Assembly (NCBI GenBank): GCA_022813965.1
Contig: JALDZS010000016.1
Span: forward strand, 124,001 to 188,000
Length of the DNA: 64,000 bases
Reading direction: 5' to 3'
Source: Toensbergia leucococca
Lineage: Eukaryota
The translations under genes were made by a program, and so were the position numbers. Position 1 is the stretch's first letter, and each line of letters opens with the position of its first letter. The notes under the pieces were generated by a model. The model saw only the letters and a list, made by a program, of their open reading frames with translations. It had not been told where the DNA came from and ran no database searches. Shown in pieces: positions 28,744-40,293 of this stretch.

Positions 28744-29326
28744 GTTGGCGCAGCAGCTGTGTGAGCTTTGGGGCACGTATTTTCGTGGATCATTTGGCCC
28801 CTGTGCACCTGCCCGCATGCCCGGCGTCGGTGGCATGGTCTGTGTGGAAGTGGGGGAGGTTCTGGTTTTGTTGATGGCGGTTGGGGAACGGGGTTTGTCT
28901 GCCTTTGGGGGCGTGTGGTCTTGTGAGGATGAAGGTGATTTAGGAGGGTTTGGTGTTTGCGTGGACTAGGCTGGTTGAAGGAAGACTCTGGCCGTGGTTC
29001 ATAGGAGAGCTTGGAGGGGTGGGGGGCCGGGGGGAGAGAGAGTTAGAATGTTTTGAATTTGTGAGGGTTGTTTGGCCCCGATTTGTGCCGTGCCTGCTAC
29101 ATACACCTAGCTGGATGCGTGGACATGTAAGGTAGGTAAGGCAGGTGGGGAATTGAAGATGTAACTATGCCGCTAAATCCAGGGTGCAGATGTGCCCGTT
29201 CCCAATGTACCTGAGCCAGCCCTTCCTTGGTCGTTCGTGCTCGGTCGTGTTTGTCGCCGTCTCTTTCGTTTCTTCTCGCCACCGGATCCCTCTCTCCCAT
29301 TCACCCCCTACCTAAATTATATCATT

Positions 29327-30811
29327 TCATGAGTCGTCCACTGGGCCATGGACACCATTCGTCCTCGGCTCCTCCGCATACCCGCTGTCATCATCCACAT
29401 CACCACCATCATCCTCTATCTCATCCACCTCCCCAATCCCCCCATTCTCCACGGGCCGTCCACCTCTAACCCTCTCCTCCTCTTCCCTCTCCCTCACCCT
29501 CTCCGTCTCCCTCCTCAACTCCTCCACATCCCACTCCCCATCCCCCTCCCCATCCCCCTCCTCAACCCCCTCATCCTCCTCACTCCCCCCCTCACTCTCA
29601 CTATCCTCCCACCCACCCTTCTCAAACATAGCCCGCCCCGTCGCCTCCTTGGCCCTCCGCGCCTCATCCTCGGCCGCCCGCTTATCCAGCCGTTCCTTCT
29701 TCCAGGTGGCGAAGGTTTCGGGCGTCACGGGCGTGAGGGTGCCCGTTAGTTTGTGGCGCTCGGATTCGAGGAAGTCTTCTAGGGTGAGGGTTTTTAGGGG
29801 GGATTTGTCGAGAAGGGCGCGCTCGGCGGCGCGTTGGGAGGCGGTTTTTAGAATGAAGCTGTGTTGGGGTGGTTAGTCTTTCTGGCTTTTATTTTCGCAG
29901 AGTTTGGAGGGGTTGTTTTATTTGGAGGAGGGGGGTTTTTTTCTTACCCGGGAGGTAGGCTGTGTTTGTACATGCATTTGTCGCCGCCGTTGGGACAGGT
30001 CCAGAACCAACCGTATTTGCCGTGTTCGACTGCTTCGATGAAGAATTTGCAGACTTTGTCTGTGGTAGTTTTGGGGTTGCCGTGTTTGCTGGTTACGACT
30101 TGGCGGAGTTTTTCTGCACGTTGGACGACCCCGAGTTAGAATTCTTGATTGCACTAGCATTGGATCAAGAGGAGGCTGACCTTCATCCCAATCATCCATG
30201 TTATCTTTCCTTTTCTCCTCTTCCGCATCTCCTTCCCTCGTATCTTGATATAGATTCTTCTTCTCCTGTTTCCGCTCCACCGATAAATCGTGACTGAATT
30301 TACACTTCCGGCCCTTGTCACAATTGCCCTGCTTGTAAAATATGCACACCACGGTCTTGGGATCCACTCCAAAAGGCACCTTTTGCACCTGCACGGGTTT
30401 GAAAAGATCGGCCGTTTCTCGCCTGGCAGCTTCGTCGGCGAGTTTCTCCTTTTCTTTTTGCGCTTTTTCGGCATCTTTCTTTTTCTGCTCGGGGGTTTTG
30501 GCGGAGGAGGCTTGGGCTTGGAGTTGGGCGATTTGTTTTTTGGCTTGGCCGCCTTTTTTCTGCGGAGGGGCTGTTAGGTCTGTTTTTGGTGCTTGCAAAG
30601 ACGTGGGATTAAGAAGACGGCGCCAGGAGTTCGGGGGGAAGGAAAAGTCTGAAAGGATGTATGGAAGCGACTCACGTTTTTCATGCCAAAGGTCTACAAG
30701 AGTCGAGTTAGAGATATTATTGTAGCCAGTATGGGGGCAAATACTTGCCTTGTCGTCCACGAGCTTCGCCGAGGTGCCTTTCGCCTTCGGCGCATCTTTC
30801 TTGGGGGGCAT
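29327..30811 (-). CDS. TMA46: Translation machinery-associated CCCH zinc finger protein Tma46/ZC3H15 (DFRP1)
   Basis: [31 protein letters not shown], second CCCH ([13 protein letters not shown]), [13 protein letters not shown]; multi-exon. Confidence 0.93.
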
Positions 30812-31327
30812 CTTTGCAGCTGCTGAGGGGAATGAGGTATACAACGATCGTCCAGGGAAGTTGGACTTCGATCAATCATGCGTGAGGAGAGGAGGAACAC
30901 GAGATTTGAATGCTAGAGATGAAAACAAAACAAAGTAGAGGCGGTTCTTGGTATGATAAACGAATATGGGAGGATATGTACGGAGTATGGCCCCTCCTAA
31001 TGAATTGGCGAGTCAATCTGTGGAGGGGCTTTTTGTGCTAGGGCTAAAAAGCGCCACCCGTAGAATACTCCGTACGGATACGGATACTCAAAAATATAGA
31101 ACATGTTGCGCCAAGACACGAGAAGCTGCAACGTACCAACTAAAAGACAACCCATCAATCTGATATCCATCTCCGTGAAGAACACTCAATCAATTCGACT
31201 AAAACAGGTACAATTCCCCCCCTCCCCCACAAATCCCAAAGCTCACCACCATTCAACAGAGAAACAACAAACTCCCTCCAAAAACCCCCCCCGTTTCCAC
31301 ATCCAACCTACCAGATCATCCCCCACC

Positions 31328-31510
31328 ATGATATCCGACAACGATCTCTACTCCCTCGCCATCTTCCTCGGCTCCTTGGCCATGCTTCTCATCGTCCTCT
31401 ACCATTTCCTCGAAGTCAATGCAAAGGAAGACGACTCAAGTACCCAATCTGAGGAGAAGGTTGGCCCGAAAGCAGTGCTACAGGATCAGGGGAAGATTGG
31501 CGCTCGATGA
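31328..31510 (+). CDS. OST4: Oligosaccharyltransferase 4 kDa subunit Ost4
   Basis: MISDNDLYSLAIFLGSLAMLLIVLYHFLEVN, the Ost4 signature; ATG in CACCATG context. Confidence 0.92.
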   Translation: MISDNDLYSLAIFLGSLAMLLIVLYHFLEVNAKEDDSSTQSEEKVGPKAVLQDQGKIGAR

Positions 31511-31978
31511 TGATGTTGTTTCTTGACCGGCGAGAAAGAGGATTTGACGGAAAAGCTGGCGTCTGTGGATGGAGGAGAAGGTGGCCTGGCATGCGAGGTT
31601 TGGGAAGCCAGCAGGCGTCAATTTGCAAGGACTGATAGCATATGTTGCATCACATTGGACCACCTTGAACGAGGCAGTTTAAAGGGATATAACCCAGCTT
31701 TTTGCAGCGCCGTGTCCAATTTCTCTGTCAACATTGAAAGTGTATCGTGTCACGTTGGATTCGAATATACTATTGTAACGACACGTCGTCCTCGACCATT
31801 CTACGGAGCCGTGCGCATGCAGTCTCAACTCTCAAGCAGGATCAAATGTGCCATAGAGCTCAGCGTTGTTGGAACAGCACCCGAGATTATGTCTAAGGGT
31901 GAAATCCTTTAATTGGCATCTACCTTTGCAATCTCCATCCCAATCACCAACAGACACCGTCGGTTTTCCCAGTTGTAT

Positions 31979-34900
31979 CTACATGTCCTCATCCTCTGAC
32001 AGTACCTGTATACTAGAGGCGTCGTCATATGAGATCGCGCGCTTTTCGGGTGTGGCAAGTAGCGAGCCCTCGCGTTCAATCCCTGGCCCAATGACTCGCC
32101 TCCTCTCCTGCTTGGATGCTAAGATGGCCTGGGTCTTCTCAGCCTCTGTTTTGTTCCCTTGAGCTTTATGATACGCTCGGACCGATCTTGGATGAGAAGA
32201 CAACAGCAAGGCGTCTGGAGGGCCATTAGTGCTGGCTATAGGAGTGATCCTTCTGCCTTGGGCATCGCTCATGTAGTCGGACGCCTCAGCATCTTCTCGG
32301 AAGTGATTAGTTGCAATTAGGTACCGTGAAGCTCGATCACGGAGGACTCACCTGAAGGGTGCGTAGCAGGACCATCCCCAAATTGCCAAGCCAAAGAGTC
32401 CACATGCTTTTTATCCATATGCCTATCCCAAGACTCCTCCGTACTGAAATCAAGAGGTTGACGGACGTTTGTCCCGCTCTCATTTTGTCGACCTCGTGAC
32501 ATGACGACCGTACTACAATCCGCCCAAAGGCAAGAGAAAGTGCCGTCTTCAGCACTCTTGCGATGCTTCCTCACGTGCTTTCGGAGGGTTTCTAGATTAT
32601 GCAACTCGTGCGGACAGCCCTTCCAGCGGCATTTGTAAATCCGATGTTTTGGGTCTGGAGGCTCTCTGTCTTTAGAAGGTCTACCTCTCCTCTTTGAAAT
32701 CTCTCGCGACCCGCTTTTACGTTTCCGGTCCGCCGTGGCGGCAGTGATCACGCTGAGTGATCGCGAATCGTCAATAATAATCGCAATGCCATCTGATGGC
32801 AAGGTAGCATGCCTTAATCCACTCGGTCTGGCAGGTGTAGTGTTGCTCATGTGAGGACGCGCCGGTATATCTACACTAATACCACTTGATCCTTGTGGTC
32901 TAGGGGTGGCACTTTTTGACCCTGGTGGGCGCCCTCTTTTCGGTGTTGGCATGCTACTACCTTCAGTCTCAGGCTTTTTGGGAGTTTTCCCGGTTTCTGC
33001 GGTTGATTTCTTCCTAGTTTGGGCGTGAGTGTGTGTTGGTGTTGGTGTTCTGGCAGAAGTTACGCCCGTCGAAAGCGCCGGACGACTGCGTTCAAAGTTA
33101 CCTCTACTCGTATTTGCGCTGCTTTGCGGAGTACTTGATGCCCCAGCATCGAGGCGAGATAGATCTTGCTGTGTTGAGACGCGATGAGTTCCTGTCCCAC
33201 CTACGGGTGTTGGTAGCGATCCAGTACTCTGCGATATTCCAGGGCCCACATTTCCAGAGGGATTGGAGTCATTTGGTCTGACATGAATACCACCATTGCT
33301 ACGCCGTGATCTTTGTCCTCGCGGACTAGAAGGCCGATTTTTCATAGGTCCGTCCATGATTACCAAATCTAAGAGCGCTATGATTAGTAGTAGGTTCATT
33401 AAAGTTGGACTTCTATCCTTACCAATACCCTCAGACGCAGCTGATCCATTGACAGTGGAAGTTATACGCTGACCTGTGGAGCGCCGGTTAGTTGGGTGAG
33501 TAACTTGACGTGTCACCATCATTGTAGAGTTATCCTCATCATCTTCATGATGCATGTCGCTAGTATTTTCAAGCCGCAAGGAAACCGATGCAGCTTCACC
33601 ACCGGGATCAATAAGATCCCATCTCAAGGTACTGAGGTCACTTGTGTTATCAACAGCTCGGAAATTCTTACGTAGTATCTTAAGATGGTAATTCAAAGCG
33701 CCCATATTTGGATGCCGTCCAGAAGCGATGAGAATATCCCTAGCAATCGTTTTAATGTTATAAGTAGACCTTCTTAGTGCATCTTTCTTTTTGTTCAGAG
33801 GCAGTACAATATCTGCAGAACGAAGATCTTCTCGTGAGGACAACGGCGGCGCGGCTGGCGCAAATTTGTATAGCGATAGATCTAAATTCTTGTTGATGGT
33901 TGTAGACTGGATTGAGGTCGGGGTGTTCTCAAGCAAAACGCCACAAAACTTATCTGGATGGTTCATCAAGTCCTGAGTTGTCTCCGCAATCAATGATGAA
34001 GCTGATTTATCTTTATTTGCTGATTCACTAAGTCGAGGCACTTTAGGGCTTTGGTATCTATCATCGTCTGACAAGTCTTGTGTGAGATCAACAATGTCGC
34101 TGAAATTTCGCTTTCGAGCCAGTTCTCTCTTTGTCGGAGGAAGCGGCGAATGCACTGGGCGCTGTTGAAGTTTCTTGTAGCCTATTCGGCCTGTCTGATC
34201 CACCATGCCCTGTGATTTGAGCATATCAATACTTATGTTTCGTTTGTCCTCCCATTGCACAATTCTTGATTGTTTTGAACTTCCGTGAGCTTGTGCAACA
34301 GCATTTAAAATTGCATTTGGAGCTCCTAGTAATCCGAAACCAGAAAACTCCGAAACCTGAGCGGAACCAGGTAACGATGCTCTCTTTCTTTTGCTTAAGC
34401 CAGAAAGCCTACTTAACTCATCATTCATGACCGTAATGACGGTGTCTGCTGGAGTCGTGTGTTTCTTAGTCACAGATGCATTTGAACTCATGGGTTTTGT
34501 CTTGGAACCTTGATCGTTCCTCTGTTTCGCTGAGTCCTGGCCAGCTGATTCCCGCAGGAGGGGTTTATTCAAATAAGTTTGATCTTGGCTCTGGTGAAGC
34601 GACGATGCAGTCGGTAAGGGGCTCGTATAGTAAGGAATGTTGATACCGTTTGACTGTACGCTTGAAGCTTCGTTTTGCAGATTCGGTGAATTTGTTGAAT
34701 CATGACTATCTCCTGACTTAGGTCTCGGATTACCAAATTTTACACCGTTTGAGGTATTTTGGGAAGACCTTTGAGCTATGGTGAGCATGTCAGGGACTGC
34801 GGCAAGCAAAATACGAGCAAACCGGGCACGGTCTATAACAAACCCTTTGGCGTTGAGGGTCTCGCAAAGCTCTGTATAGCTTGGGTTCTGGTCAAGAAGG

Positions 34901-37366
34901 TTATGAATCTCCTGAGCTGAGATCTGAGCGCCTCCATTTTGCGAATGCAATGCCTTGTGGGCTGCGCTCGCTAGAGCAGCTTTATTCTTCTCTGGCCACA
35001 CTGTCTCACCCGAGATATGACCTGCAGAGGGATGAGTTGACGGCGCTTGAGGGTTTGCTGGCCTAGCAGCCGTAGTAATTTGTGCCCTTGCTTTGTTCTG
35101 CGAGGCTCTCGTTCGTATTCCAATCAACATCGTGGGCTCAGGCTGTGGATGAAATTGAGTTCGCGACTCAGACTGAATTGAGGAGTGGTAGTGACTGTGA
35201 GGGCTTGGCACATGCTCTGAACTTTCTGCAACTTCGTGAATTGAATTACCGCTAACACGAGCAAATGATGTATTGGCAATAGCAGGCGTTTCTGTTGGGT
35301 TTATGGCAGGATTTGAGCTATCTACAGTCGCTTCTGTAGTTGAAAGTGGCTTCTGTTGACTTGAAATCTCTCCTGGTGACTTTTCTCGTTGATTCACAAG
35401 CTTTGAAGGAACGTTAGGTTTCTCGACCTTTCGCCGTAGAGCGGGAAATTTTCCAAGATCTGGCAATTCAGCCTCTACTGCTCTACCTGTGATTTTTGCT
35501 TGATCCAACGCGAGGCTGGAGTTTGGATGCTTTTCATTCACAGGAGCCGTGCCTTTTGAAGCTTGACTATCATGATTGGGAGATAAGACCGGATGCTGGG
35601 AGGATTCTTTGGCGGATACCGGTGCTTGGGAGGAAAGACCGTTAGGAGGTTGCACCTGAGTCACGGGTTAGATCTCGTTCAACAGAAACACAGTCCAAAA
35701 AACTGTTATGTGAAGTTTCGGGATATCAATCAACCGACAATAAAACAGTTCTTTGGAGGTGTACCTTTTTGACTTGCTCCCAAATCTTCGCGAATTTGGA
35801 CGGATCCTTTGCTTTGTACTGACGCATTTTTTCCAGAAGTGATATCATTTCTGCCTCTATTTGCTCTCCATCTTCAGCACCTGGCACATCGGACTGCCTA
35901 TCTGACGGACCCGCTTCGGGAGTTGAATGTTTCAATTTTGACTGACCTTTGCTTTGGACATTATTGAGTGCCTCTACTAGTGTAGTGGCTTGCTTTTCAG
36001 CAGTATGAGCGACGTTCCTTGCAGCCTCTGCTTGTGACGCAGCAAGAGCTTGTAATCGTTGGTATTCATGATGATTAAAAACCTGGCTAGGGTCAACCGT
36101 GATAGAATAGTTGACATCTTCCGATTGAGCCTGCTGAAGTCCATATCCATTGACAGACGTCGAAGTAGAAATCGGCTGAGAAGCCGTGCTATTTCTACTA
36201 TGCGCTGGTTTATCGTGCGGTAAAGCACTTTGATACGGTTGATCCTCTGAGTCAGGTATGCTTTGATAAGTTCCTTGAGAATAACCTACTTGCACAGGCT
36301 GGTTGTGATTTGCTATCGGCTCAAGACCCCGCGGTGGATTGGGCGGATTGGGCGGATTTGATTGAGTCGGGGGTACGCCTAAGAAAGGTGTACGATTGGA
36401 GGGCTGTTGCGGCTTCTGCGTCATATTACGTGCGTGCTCGGAGCTTAAGGTGTTACTTTTCGTTTCACTTTTTGAAGTTGGCAACGAATGAGATGGAGCT
36501 CTAGTAGCGATTGCAGGGGATTGGCTTCCCCGTGAGCCTGGACTAAGGCTTGACTTGTGGCCTGACTGACCATTTAGTAGACGCGAAGGTGGAGGAGTGG
36601 GTTGCTGGATTGAGCCCGTATGCTGGCCCCCGTTTGTTCTTAAAGCCTGCGATCCCATGTACTGCAATTCTTGAGCTGACCTTCCGTAAGCATGAAGAGG
36701 CGGGTAATTCTGTCCAGGCTGATGAATCGGTCTGTCATTTACAGAACTGTGGCTGGCATACAAGACTGCAGGTGCCGTTTGTAGGTCTCTGGAAGCGCTA
36801 TTCCCTTGCGATACGCCGGGACCACGACTATCTGTTTGGCGAATCTCGTAGCCACTAGCGGAAGCCAAGGTATGTTCAGGAGGTGGTGAACGACTGTAGC
36901 CAGCTGCAGATTGTGGTCGTTGGGCGTTGGTGGTGAAATGCGTTGACGAATTGTCCTGCGCTGGAGGAGCCATATCCCTCGTTTCTTGTCCGAGGCTCGA
37001 CGCATACGCCAGGCTTCCTAAAGCAGAGGTGTCCATCGAAGAACGTGCATTCGTGGCATACTGAGGATTCGACTGTCTGGACACAGCTTGGCCATGAGGT
37101 ACTGACCCTGCATTGCTGAAACGGTAGTTGGTAGCATTATCTACCTCGTCATATGGTTGACCAGCATAGGCATACGTATTCTCCATACCCTCGCCTGATC
37201 TTTGTATGACATGCTGCGACTGCTGTTGTCCGTTCACAGCTGTGTATACTGGACGTTGATATGAGCCATTGCTAGCCCCCTGACCCGGAAAAGCTTCCTG
37301 GTTGCGGACATTCTGCTCATTCTGAGGTTGAAAGTAGGGAGACCAGTTGTAATTGTTGTAGGACAT
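31979..37366 (-). CDS. Large low-complexity nuclear protein with AT-hooks and C-terminal C2H2 zinc fingers
   Basis: Joins ORFs 35726-37366, 32317-35664 and 31979-32272 through canonical introns, plus an in-frame 54-nt intron 33369-33422; PKRGRPP and RRGRPS AT-hooks; CRWKGC..LRKHVRKH finger. Confidence 0.8.
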
Positions 37367-37787
37367 GGCTGATGGAGTAGCTGAACATAGTTTGAGGAAT
37401 TTGTCAAGGGCAGATGCTTTTCTAGATTCAGGCTTGCAACATTCAGATTAACGACACAAAAAAGGGTTTATTCTGAGACAGGTCCGAGCTATTGATGCTG
37501 TGATAATAGGGTACTGCGTATGATGGGAAGCTCTTACAAAAATTCATTTGACGTCTAGCATTGACAGAGCTGTGCTAGATGACATGAGAATTGCACTGAA
37601 GAAGATGAAGTCGCACGCGTCGAAGAAACCAATCGCTCACATCCGCATCCATCAAATGGTCAACCCTAGCACTAATTCTAGAATAGCGCCGGGAAGAGCC
37701 GAACGCACAAATTTGACCAACAAATTCAAGACCATCAACGACAACATCGACAACCTCGTCAACTACCAAGTGAAGATCACCGACAAA

Positions 37788-38380
37788 ATGACCAAGATCA
37801 ACACATGTATGTATACTCTGACTCTAAGTGTTTCATTTTGATTGTACTGGCGATCATTGCTGGGAAATCAATGCTAATTTCAAATCTTTCGCAGCTCTCC
37901 ACTCCTCGAGGAGGAAGTCGCGCAAGGCACATTTCAGTGCTCCATCAAGTGTCCGAAGAGTCATAATGAGTGCACCCCTAAATAAGGAGTTAAGAGAAAA
38001 GCACAATGTAGGCCGCCTTTCCGTACTCTGTCAAAATTATAAGCCAGAAAGCCGAGATTCTCTTTTCCTCAACATCTATTCACGCAAATCACATCCAGGT
38101 CCGCTCAATCCCGATTCGCAAAGACGATGAAGTCATCATCACACGAGGCTCCAACAAAGGTCGTGAGGGCAAAGTCACATCCGTCTACCGCCTCAAGTAT
38201 GTCGTGCATATTGAACGTGTGTCCCGCGAAAAATCGAGTGGCCAGTCTGTGCCCATTGGTATTCACCCATCCAAATGCCTTATTACGAAGTTGAAGTTGG
38301 ACAAGGACCGGGAGAACATACTGGACAGGATCTCCAAGGGGAGGGAGGAGAAAGCCAAGAAGGGCAAGGAGTCTGCATAG
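37788..38380 (+). CDS. RPL26: 60S ribosomal protein L26 (uL24)
   Basis: [56 protein letters not shown]...VYRLKY...IHPSK; two introns. Confidence 0.97.
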
Positions 38381-39941
38381 GGTTGAGGGTTGGAAAAGAA
38401 GAAGAGTTGGTATGAATGTGAGAGCGTTGTGCTGTCATGTGGATTGAAGACTAGTATGGTGATTTGAGGGTTACTACGGTAATCAGAACTATGCATCAAA
38501 CATAAAAGTCGCAGTCCCTAGGTTCATTCAGGTCCTTGATCAAGTATCATCCTCGATTTCATTACTAATTCAAAGTTGGGCGGTAAACAATGCATTCTCG
38601 GATAGCGTCTTCAAGCGCCAGTAATATCTCCTCGCCAACCTCCCCCAAATCTCTCTGAGAAGCGGATGGAAATTTCTCAATGGTTGTCGAGGTATACGGC
38701 TTGCGCAGATTGATAGACATGTCGTTCACTTACCAAAGCTGGAGACATGCTCGCCTGCAGACTCTCTTCGAGCCCATTCGGTCCCTGACGTGGAGAGTTT
38801 GATGGTGAGGAACATGCTACTATACTTCTTACAGAAAAATTGTCTGGCAGCATTTCCTAATCCATCTCCTTCTAAAGATCCACGTGAAGTATATTCCCTA
38901 TAGGTCACACTGTTGTCATCGAGAGGCTACCAGTCTCGATTCTCGCTACAGATTCCGATTGGGTGGTGATGAGGAACAGGCTTTGGTAATCCCAGCATAT
39001 CGTGTGGCCGGAGCTCAGTATCAGGCCCGGCAATTGGTGTCACACAACATGGCCTCGTCGCTTAGCCACTCCAATATAGGCCTCGTTGTTACATGATCAT
39101 GCACACCACCAATAAAGCCTTACGGAAACCTTACGCGGATTTTGACAGCTGCACTGATGATCTTACAACCTGCGTCTGCGTCATCGGCTCGTATAAATGA
39201 CTCAAGACGCTACAACGCTTTTGCATTGCAGCTTCCTCAGCTTTGGGGTTGGACAGCAGAAAGGCAAGCACGGAAGAGAGATTCCGCATGATGTCGTATT
39301 CTAACTCTGCTGTAGGACGCCTATTCTCCGGCAATTAACCTTTTGACTATGTCCGTAGATCGACTCAGCAGTGTGGTACTCGAATGCAATGTGAGTGTGG
39401 ATGTCAGTGGCTAGCAATACTAATATCTCACTTACCAGCTAGATGCTCTCCTGACCTTACATTGGCCGCTGGGTTCAGCGCAACTCTACCAGAGCCAGGT
39501 GTCATTACGCTCAAAGCCATGATAACCATGGTGGTTAGGCGTGACAACCTTTTGGTTTCCTACCTTCTATGATACATATTTCTGCTTGTTGATCTGGATG
39601 TCTTGTTGGTTGGAGATGAAAATTTTATGAATTGGTACTATAAATGCAGGGAAAATTGGCCTCTCAACCATGGTGTAAGTAGAGGAGACGGGAAGAAGCA
39701 ATAGTTGGAGAAAAATAGGCTGTCTGGGTGCCGGTGAAGCTTTCGGCCTAGTTTCAAAACTTGCAACTTGCCGCCAATCCTGTTCTCGAATGCTTTACTC
39801 GTACACTTCTTTTTACTCTCGCTCAATTGCCCGCCAACTCCATGAGTCCAATCAGAATGAAGTAAGAAGGAAATCTTCGCCTAATGATCCCAACATCGGC
39901 CATGATTGTAAATCTAGACATAGAATAATATGGATGCTCAT

Positions 39942-40293
39942 TCAAAGACCAGCCGGCAAACCTCTTTCCTCCGTCTCGAACAAGTCTTCCCACCTCATCT
40001 CCTTGTACATGATAAAACCGTGCTCCAGGAACGGCATCGAAAGCTGCGATGTTGCGTTGACCGAGTAATGCTGCTGGTTTTCTAGGTTTTCGCGCCCTGC
40101 TGCCTATGCTATGTCAGTATTGCTCAAGTAGGGGAGGATGGAGGCCTATGGAATAGTTCCACAAAAGAGAGGGCTAAAGTACCACGCAACTGTTGCATGC
40201 TGTTCTGGCTATTCGAACCCAATTCGGACAGGCATGCGATGTGAAGTATTTGCAGCGGTACAGAGAGTATCCTGGAGCTGGTTCGCCGCTCAT
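39942..40293 (-). CDS. Small 90-aa hypothetical protein with four-Cys motif
   Basis: Exon 40293-40183 MSGEPAPGYSLYRCKYFTSHACPNWVRIARTACNSCV, intron GTACTT..ACTGAC..TAG (40182-40104), exon 40103-39942 AAGRENLENQQHYS...PAGL*. Confidence 0.6.
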
